A stretch of 64,000 nucleotides of DNA from Opitutales bacterium (GTDB lineage Bacteria > Verrucomicrobiota > Verrucomicrobiia > Opitutales > UBA2987). Shown here one piece after another: positions 55,861 through 64,000 of this stretch. Both the position numbers and the translations under genes were made by a program. The stretch covers positions 64,001 to 128,000 of the forward strand of contig CBDDEL010000014.1 of the NCBI GenBank assembly GCA_965226885.1, read 5' to 3'. Under the pieces are notes generated by a model. That model was given only the letters and a program-made list of their open reading frames with translations, ran no database searches and had not been told where the DNA came from. Every line of letters starts with the position of its first letter. The stretch's first letter is position 1.

Positions 55861-57264
55861 TTAATCATACCAGATCGGGCTTGTCCATCCAACTTGACCA
55901 TCGCTCTGCACAATACGGGCATAGAGAAATCCATTGATTTCAGGTGGATTTTCCAAGGTTTCCTCAAACTTAAAAGTGAACTCACTCTCGGCTACTGCCC
56001 GATGAATTTTAAGGGCGGGAGAACCTAGTCCGTTAAGATTTTTTGCCACCGATCCGTTTACCAGATCGCTCACCGGAAGATCGAACGAGATTCCATTGGC
56101 TTTTACTTGCAAACTGGTATTCGAACCAGCTTCCAGGTCGAGGATAACTGCTTGGGTTCCAGATGCATTGAAATGTGTGCCACCCATCATCCCGGAGGGA
56201 TTGGGCACCGCGCGGCAGGTCCATTTCAGGGTGTCCTCAGTTCGCTCTAGAATCCGTTCCGAGGATTCCTCTTCATCCATGGCAAAGGTGCTGTTTCGGA
56301 AGCAGGGTTGACAGCCAAGTATTCGTCCGTTCAGGACGTGGCACATAATCAACCAGTCGGACCGAGTTTTGCCCCGGCCCCATCCACATTCCACTTTCAC
56401 TTTATAGCGGCCCGGAGTAAACAGAAAATATAGATCCTGACCTGCCAGCCGCCGGACACTGCAAGTGCCATTCTCTCCGCGTATGAGGTCAACCCTTTCT
56501 ATGGGGGCGCTGCCTTCAACCTCAATGCGCAGACACATCTTTTTCTTTGCCCGCGCAACGCCTCCGATTTCTGCGTCGTCGAGTTTCATCATGGCGTTGA
56601 AATGCGTTCCCGTAGTGGCGATCGTTCGCCGCTCTGTGAGCCCTTTCCAGAGGCAGGGCAGAGTCAGGGATTCAGCCATCACACCGACCCTGCCGTGTCC
56701 GTAGTGGCCGGGATAACCATCATGCGAATCAGTGCCTGCGGCGAAGCCGAAGCGGTGCCCGGCGAGGAGTCCGGCGCGAACCATAGATTCTCCCACCCGG
56801 GGCCCCATACTGTGGTGATAGTCATAGGGCGCGTCGTCAGATTCTCCACATCCGTGATTTGAATAGATTTCAACTAATGGCGAAATCCGCGTGTCATAGG
56901 CATCCCAATTCAGACCGCGAAAGCCGCGCACGTAAGCGCAATGGTGCGGCATCATCATGAAGGCAGACCCGCTTTCCTCCAGAGAACGAGCCAGGGAGGT
57001 TCGGTCCGGGGCGTCAATTAACTTTGCATCGAAGGCATTAAAATAACAATTGTAATCCCCAAATTCCATAGAGTGCCACTCATAACTGGGTAAGGTGACA
57101 AAGCTGCCGGGCTTATTGCAGGCGGCGAGGTTGGAGAGCAGTTCCTCCCAGTAATAACGTAGCTTGGCAAAGCCGCCGAGATGAATGCCAATACTGTCGC
57201 TATGACGCCCCAGATCCATCGGCATATCCGGCCAGAAAGCGTGGCCCGTTATGCTGCAAAAATC
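55861..57264 (-). pseudogene. PHP-like (DUF3604/CehA-McbA-type) metallohydrolase lacking its N-terminus
   Basis: DFCSITGH, SYEWH, PHH, EIYSNHG, GTDSH; the 5' end is replaced by IS1. Confidence 0.75.
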
Positions 57265-58066
57265 GGTAGTGTATAAAAAAAGAATGTTATTTTGTAGTTT
57301 TAGCTGTACAAATAGCGTTAGGCAGTTTATTTTTAGTGCATGGTTGCTAAAATTATTAATTGTCGGCACTGTGGAAGTGAAAATATCATTAAATTTGGCA
57401 AGACGCCCAACCATAAACAGCGCTACCGCTGCCATGATTGTGGTAAACAAAGCCGCGAAAACCCCACAGTGAAATACACCGAAGAGCAAAAAGAAATGAT
57501 CCTTCGAGTCTATCAGGAACGCAGCAGTCTACGCGGTTTACAGCGCGCCTTCGGGGTGAGTCCCAACACCGTTTTGAGTTGGTAAAAAAAAACGACAATC
57601 GCTGCGACCGCTCAAAAGCACGATTCTTGCGGCCCGCCGCCATGATGTCATTGAACTGGACGAACTGTGGTCTTTTGTGGGGCGCAAGAGCGATGCCCAA
57701 TGGGTTTGGATCGCTCTTTGCCGACGCACCCGTCAAATCCTCTCCTATGCCATTGGGCCTCGGGATTGGTATCGTTGCCGGGAACTTTACGAGCGTCTGC
57801 CACGGGCCTACAAAAGATGTGCCACCTACAGCGACTTTTGGAGCACTTATGATGAAGTCTTTCCTCATAACCGATCCGTGGGAAAAGAAACCGGTGAAAC
57901 GGCCCATGTGGAACGATGGAACAATACCCTGCGCCAACGACTGGGTCGTTTCACACGCAAAACCCTCTCCTTTTCCAAGCTTAAGAGTATGCATGAAACC
58001 TGTCTGAGACTTTTCATTCATCAATATAATCAAGAATTAGCCACCATTCCTACTTAATACACTACC
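57265..58066 (+). mobile_element. IS1-family element, copy 2 (nonsense mutation in insA)
   Basis: 802 bp; TTA>TAA just before the A-run; flanks CAAAAATC / CAAAAAT. Confidence 0.94.
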
Positions 58067-58073
58067 CAAAAAT

Positions 58074-58875
58074 GGTAGTGTATAAAAAAAGAATGTTATT
58101 TAGTATTTTTAGCTGTACAAATAGCGTTAGGCAGTTTATTTTTAGTGCATGGTTACTAAAATTATTAATTGTCGGCACTGTGGAAGTGAAAATATCATTA
58201 AATTTGGCAAGACGCCCAACCATAAACAGCGCTACCGCTGCCATGATTGTGGTAAACAAAGCCGCGAAAACCCCACAGTGAAATACACCGAAGAGCAAAA
58301 AGAAATGATCCTTCGAGTCTATCAGGAACGCAGCAGTCTACGCGGTTTACAGCGCGCCTTCGGGGTGAGTCCCAACACCGTTTTGAGTTGGTTAAAAAAA
58401 ACGACAATCGCTGCGACCGCTCAAAAGCACGATTCTTGCGGCCCGCCGCCATGATGTCATTGAACTGGACGAACTGTGGTCTTTTGTGGGGCGCAAGAGC
58501 GATGCCCAATGGGTTTGGATCGCTCTTTGCCGACGCACCCGTCAAATCCTCTCCTATGCCATTGGGCCTCGGGATTGGTATCGTTGCCGGGAACTTTACG
58601 AGCGTCTGCCACGGGCCTACAAAAGATGTGCCACCTACAGCGACTTTTGGAGCACTTATGATGAAGTCTTTCCTCATAACCGATCCGTGGGAAAAGAAAC
58701 CGGTGAAACGGCCCATGTGGAACGATGGAACAATACCCTGCGCCAACGACTGGGTCGTTTCACACGCAAAACCCTCTCCTTTTCCAAGCTTAAGAGTATG
58801 CATGAAACCTGTCTGAGACTTTTCATTCATCAATATAATCAAGAATTAGCCACCATTCCTACTTAATACACTACC
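58074..58875 (+). mobile_element. IS1-family element, copy 3, tandem
   Basis: 802 bp, 7 bp from copy 2; flanks do not match. Confidence 0.94.
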
Positions 58876-58939
58876 GCCGTGAGCGAAGTATCTAAATCGA
58901 ATATACCGATTTTTATATTCTTTTTCATAAACTTCAAGA

Positions 58940-58971
58940 CGAGATTTCCCATGTGAACATTCATAATCGTT
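58940..58971 (+). repeat. dispersed ~38-bp repeat, copy D
   Basis: CGAGATTTCCCATGTGAACATTCATAATCGTT; 1 mismatch to copy A over 32 bp. Confidence 0.85.
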
Positions 58972-58976
58972 AATTA

Positions 58977-61900
58977 GAGGCTGTCCCAAAAGGGTGATTT
59001 TTGCGAGGGCTTTTGATAGGCGCTCATTTTAGAGGTATTTGCATTTGGGAGAGTATCAACTTTGCTCTCCTATGACGTTAGGATACTGGTTTTGGGGTCC
59101 GGTTGCCTGGTTTTCTTTGTATGAGCCGACAGTAAGGCTGTGAAAAAGTATTGTCCTTGCTTTTCCGCTCTCTAGCCCGGATATTTCATGAAGGGTAAAG
59201 TTTGGCTCGTTATTGCTATTGGAGATGGATTTCTTTGTATTTTGAGCAGATCGTCTTGATTTTTAGGTGTTTTTCAGGGTGTAGAGACACTGCCCCCTTT
59301 CCCCCATTGGTTCGGTAGTGCCGGGGGCAGCACCAATGCACCCTTTAGGTTGGCACCAATCGGCGGGCCGCATGGTTGAAAAGACTGGCCCAAGGATAAC
59401 TCTCACTTAGGTGAAAGTGAATCGTTCGGGTGTTGCGCACGATGACCGCTCCGATCTTGATTAATTTGAGCCGCAGGGTGTGGCATTGGGCCCGCGCCCA
59501 CTTCGTCCCTTTTAAGGCTAACCGGCGCATGGCTTCCATCAAGGTGTAGGCCAGCGCCGACAAGAGCAATCGCCACTGATTGGCGCTGGTGCGCTCGCTG
59601 AACAATTGCATCTGTTCCTTGATTCGGTTCTCCATTTCACCGCGGCCACAGTATACCTTGTCGTAAAGCTCCTGGGGATCGCCCGGCCGGTTCGTCACCA
59701 CGAAGCGCGGGTTGGACCCCTGTGCGGTGTGTTCGGCTTTATGGATGACCAACCGCAGCCATCGCCACGAATCGGCAGCATAGACGAAGTCCTGGAATAA
59801 CCGTTGTTTTTTACCCCTTAGTTCGAACCATTCTTTGGCCTGCTTTTGCAACTGCTGGGCGTCTTGCTGCAAGCGTGCATTGCGAGCCATCCCCACGATG
59901 TAACTAACTTCGTTGCGGTCGCACCAAGAGAGTATCCGGTCTCGACAAAATCCACTGTCGGCGCGCCAAATAATCCGCTTACGGGGCCAGCTTTGGCGAA
60001 TCCGTTTAACCAGCAATTTGAGGATGGCCCCGGCATGCTTGCTGGCATCGATCTTGCTCGGCCGCAGGTAGGCCACCAGCAGCTGATCACCGCAAAAAAC
60101 ATATAGCGGCAGAAAACAGTAATGATCATAATAACCGTGGAAAAAACGTCCCTCCTGGAGCCCGTGCACCGGATTGTCGGTGGCGTCAAAGTCCAGGATG
60201 ATCTCTTCGGGTTCCTCGGCAAAGGAGCCCATGAACTGTTCGACCAACAGCTCGTTTACCGCAAAGGCCGCCCGCCGATCCTGCCCGTTTTCAAAACGAC
60301 ACAAAGTCGGCGCGCTGGCCAACGTTTCAATGCGCCCCGTTACCGTTTGCAACAATGGATCGTGGCGCAGGGTATCAAAGTCGTTCAAATCCTCATAGCC
60401 CGCCACCAGCCCGTAAACGCGCTGCCGCAGCATCCCCAAGACCTCATGGCGTACTTTGCCCTTCTGCCGTTTGTCCACTAACTGTCGGGCCGCTCGTTCG
60501 GTCAAGCCCAACTGCCGATCCACTTCCCGGATCAAAAGCAGTCCGGCATCCGAAGTAACCTCTCCGCCCTTGAAATCAACCCGCACACGGCGGCCTTTTA
60601 CCCTTGTCAACTGTAGCTTTAATTGTTTACCTTTTGTCATCGCTGATATTGCTTTAATTATTGATCTATCCTGCTGTATATCAGCAGTTAAGCATATCAA
60701 CGATACTTTTTTTACGAAATATCCGGGCTAGGCCGCCGCTTTGGTTTTTAGTTCGTCTTGCTGGGCCAGCATCTTGGCTACTTTCCATAGGTTGTGCGAG
60801 AGTACCGACGGTTGTGCGAGAGTACCGACCAGGCTACGCTGATCGAGCGGTTGGCAAAGCCTTTGCTGCGCAACCGCCCGGCCTGCCAGCGATTCTTCAA
60901 TACCCCGATCCGCCCTTCGGTGCTGGCCCGGCGCTTTTGCAATTGTCTGAACAGTGGTTCCTCCATCCGTTTTTTCAACTGCTTCGGATCGCGTGGACAG
61001 AGCGCGTCGTAGATTCCCTCCTGGGCTAACTGCCGGCGGGCCCGCTGGGAGGCAAATCCCCGGTCCGCGCACATGGCCGCTATGGGTTCTTCCAGGTTGA
61101 AGCGGTTCTGTCTTTGCAAACTCTCTTGCATTTGTTCATTTTCGCTTGGAGTTCGGCTGCCGTAGAGTTTCCAGTCCAGCAGGTACCCTTCAACGCTTTC
61201 TCCCAAAAACAGGGTGTTGCCGAACTCGACCTCTTGGCCCGCTTTACCTCGCACAATCACCTGCCCATCGAGTTCGTAAACACTCAAGACTTTCTCTGCG
61301 TTTTTCACCTGGCGGCGGCCAATGATCCGCTCGTGCGCCTGTTTGATGACCACCGGGATTTGCTCGCTCATGCGCTCCATCCGGGCGAGGATCTGTTGGA
61401 CCTGTTTTTCGCTGTAATCGCTTTGCTCCCAGCAGGCTTGCAATAATTCCCGGTGACTGCGGGCATGCTCCCCGATCCGTTTGAGCAGCTTTTTCATCTG
61501 CCTCAAGATACCCTTGCGCTGCCGCGCGCTGTCCTTTCGCCGCCGGCTGTGGGTCATCTGTATGCACAGCCGATTCATCTGCCGAGCCAAGGGCTCCGGT
61601 TCGATCGGCATGCGATGGCGCAAACCGGCCTTCTCGCGGATCAGCCGGATCGCTTTGAGCAACGTGCCGGCTACATCCTTGAGTAATACCCAGTCCGTCG
61701 GCCAATGAATGTTAGCCTCCAAACAGGTGCCGTCGATCAGGCAAATGGTGGTGTCAATCGGCTTGTCCAATCCCACCTGCCGGGCCAGAAGGGCATCGCC
61801 CACCACCTCAGTCAAGGTCCGGTGCAAGGCCCTCAACTGCTCTTCGCTGAAAAACTTCGAGGCCCGCTCCAGGGTGCTTTTGGAGATGCCCCTGATGCCA

Positions 61901-62369
61901 TCGATCTGCCGGACACGGCAAAAGTCGGCCAACAGATCGCTGCTGCCCAGAGCCCGCGACAAATGCCGAAACGAGATCCCTCCGAGCAGACGGCCCAGCG
62001 TATCCATGCGCAGTGCCTTGATGGCAAAACTGGCCCGCTGCCGCCGGGCCTTTAGACCCATTGGCTGCCACCCCTCCAAGGCCAGCTCAATGGCCTGCGA
62101 TTCCACCTCCGAGTCGATCAGCAGCCGATCGATTCGATCAATGGTGGCGCGGAAGTTATCGTAATCGAGGCACCGGTCGACCACAGTTAAAGCTGGACGC
62201 AGGAGGCATTGGATGGCTATATTTTTCATAGAAAGGGCTATATTGATTTTCGCTAACTCAATTATAGAACCCTTTTTTGGCCGGATCGAGCAAAAACTTG
62301 CTCTTTCCGGCTCTTTTTATCAACGTCATCCAGGTGACTATAAAATCTTTATATTTTTGGGACAGCCAC
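58977..62369 (-). mobile_element. 1817-bp ISNCY/IS5-like element, copy 3, carrying an IS1380; transposase frameshifted by a 20-bp duplication
   Basis: Target duplication TAATTA; one IR mutated (CAGCCAC); duplication at 60790-60829. Confidence 0.9.
59176..60727 (-). mobile_element. IS1380-family element with a 15-bp in-frame deletion
   Basis: Both IRs, CTAG duplication; HQWWA missing from the transposase. Confidence 0.95.
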
Positions 62370-62701
62370 TAATTATGGTTACTTTCTAATATATCGATCC
62401 AATATCCTGCTCCCATTTTGATTTGGCAATCTCATCCTTCGTTAATTGATGATCAAGTCGGCAGTATTTAACAATTTATGCTGATCCATCCCCATACCAA
62501 TGTTACCACCCGGCGCCAAACCGATCGATCAAGGGTTGAATATTCCTTGCCGGCAAGATTGAAACTTGCCGCCTGTTGAGCAATGAATTAAAGAGCGATA
62601 GAAAAAGGTAAAAATTTTTATGGGGTATGAAAATAAAAAAAGGACAAGTAGGTTCTGGACAGGATAATATCGTATTATTTCCTTTTGATGAATGTGCAAT
62701 T

Positions 62702-64000
62702 TGACGTGTACTGGATTTGTTGGACACGGGATTCTCTTATATTCATTGTTTATTGATTAGTGTGTCAGGCGGCTTGTTTTGGTAAAGGGTTTTGTTTTCT
62801 CGTTGCCCCCCATGGGGGGCAAATATTTTCCTCGAATTGGACTGGGCTTTGGTAACTCAGAGAGGAATGTTTGCGATATCGGTTGTAGAAGATTTCCACG
62901 TATTCGAAGACAGTTGATCGCAGTTCACGCTCGTCGGCAAAGTGGCGGCCTCGAATCGTGCTGGTCTTGAAGCGGCCGTAGAACGATTCCATGGCCGCGT
63001 TGTCGTAGCAGTTGCCTTGGGCGCTCATGCTCGGCTTCATGCCTAGTTCAGAGACCAGCCTCTGATAGTCGTCGCTGGCGTAGGGGCTGCCCCGATCGCT
63101 GTGATGAATAATCCCGGTGCGCAGTGTGCCGCGGGTCATGGCCGCGGCTTTGAGGGCCTTGCCAACCAGCTTCGCGTCGTTGTGGTTGGAAACGCTCCAG
63201 CCCAGCAGGCGTCGGCTGAACAGGTCCATCACCGTGGCCAAGTACATCCAACCGGCCAGGGTCCGTAGGTAGGTCGTGTCCGCCACCCAGACCTCGTCGA
63301 TATGGGTCGGCTGGCCATGCTTTTTAAGCACATTGGGGCTGTAACCATAGGGATGGTTACTGTTGGTTCTTAATGGCTTAAAGCGTTTACTCTGGGTGCT
63401 TTTGATTCCCATTTCACGCATCAGACGCAGAGCCCGGTCACGGCCGCAATCGATGCCCTCATCATCCTTCAGATGGCGGTGCATTGGCCGATGCCCATAG
63501 CGGCCCTTGGCCTCTTTGTGTACCTTCAGGATCGCCCCCTTGATTCCCTCGTCCTCGATCCGCCGGGCCGAGGGCGCTCGGGGCCTCCAGCAGTAATAGC
63601 CACTGCGACAAATCCCCATCGCCGAGCATATTTCCTCGATCTTGAAGCGCCCCTCGTTGTCTTTGACAAACTGGTACTTCATTGTTCGTCCTTGGCAAAG
63701 TAGCCCACCGTTTTTTTTAGTATCTGGTTGATCCGCTCCGAGCGGCGCAGCTCTTTGCGAAGACGATCTATCTCGGCCGCCATCTCCTTCGGACTGCTCT
63801 GTCGCTTTGAGGTGGCTTCGCCCTGCTGATCGTCCAGATAGAGCCTCTTCCACCTATACAATTGGTTGGTGTTGACCCCAAGTTTGGTCGATACCTCGGT
63901 GGCGCTCAGACCATCGAGTATCATCAGTTGAACTGCCTCATTTTTGAACTCTATACTAAAGCGTCTTCTTCCCATGCTTCGATTCTCCATTTAGGAGAAT
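62702..64000 (-). mobile_element. IS3-family element A, copy 3 (left end beyond window); orfA 63679-63990, orfB to 62765
   Basis: Right IR starts at 62702; A8 frameshift run; extra Phe codon relative to the other two copies. Confidence 0.95.

Noticed and set aside
55861..57489. Extended ORFs starting inside IS ends (also 4746-5699, 11248-11715, 46004-46900, 35869-36225)
   Set aside because: The N-terminal extensions are reverse-strand IS sequence with no support as real starts.
62370..62701. Possible gene remnant between two IS ends
   Set aside because: Multiple stops and no recognisable motif; cannot be assigned.

Overview
Bacterial chromosomal window, probably Verrucomicrobiota/Opitutales-like (inferred from the look of several housekeeping proteins, not verified). 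It is undergoing a large insertion-sequence expansion: about 27 kb of 64 kb (~42%) is IS DNA, from six multi-copy elements (IS1380, IS21, two IS3, IS1, one ISNCY/IS5-like) plus an older IS3 relic. Many copies are nested in each other or in themselves. Intact housekeeping genes include thyA, folA, sdhCAB, dnaE, rpsU, hspQ, two exbD, a ferredoxin and tRNA-Glu(CTC). They sit among at least nine broken genes, including an octaheme HAO-family cytochrome, a secreted glycoside-hydrolase-like protein, a P450, a dimeric dUTPase and a tyrosine integrase. The most unusual signal is a 63-nt RNA-like sequence at 8494-8556. It reproduces the complete tRNA-like domain of tmRNA (G3-U70 alanine identity, tmRNA-type D-loop, T-arm) but has no mRNA-like domain. 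It lies just upstream of an HTH gene in an integrase-bearing element remnant that abuts the dUTPase breakpoint.
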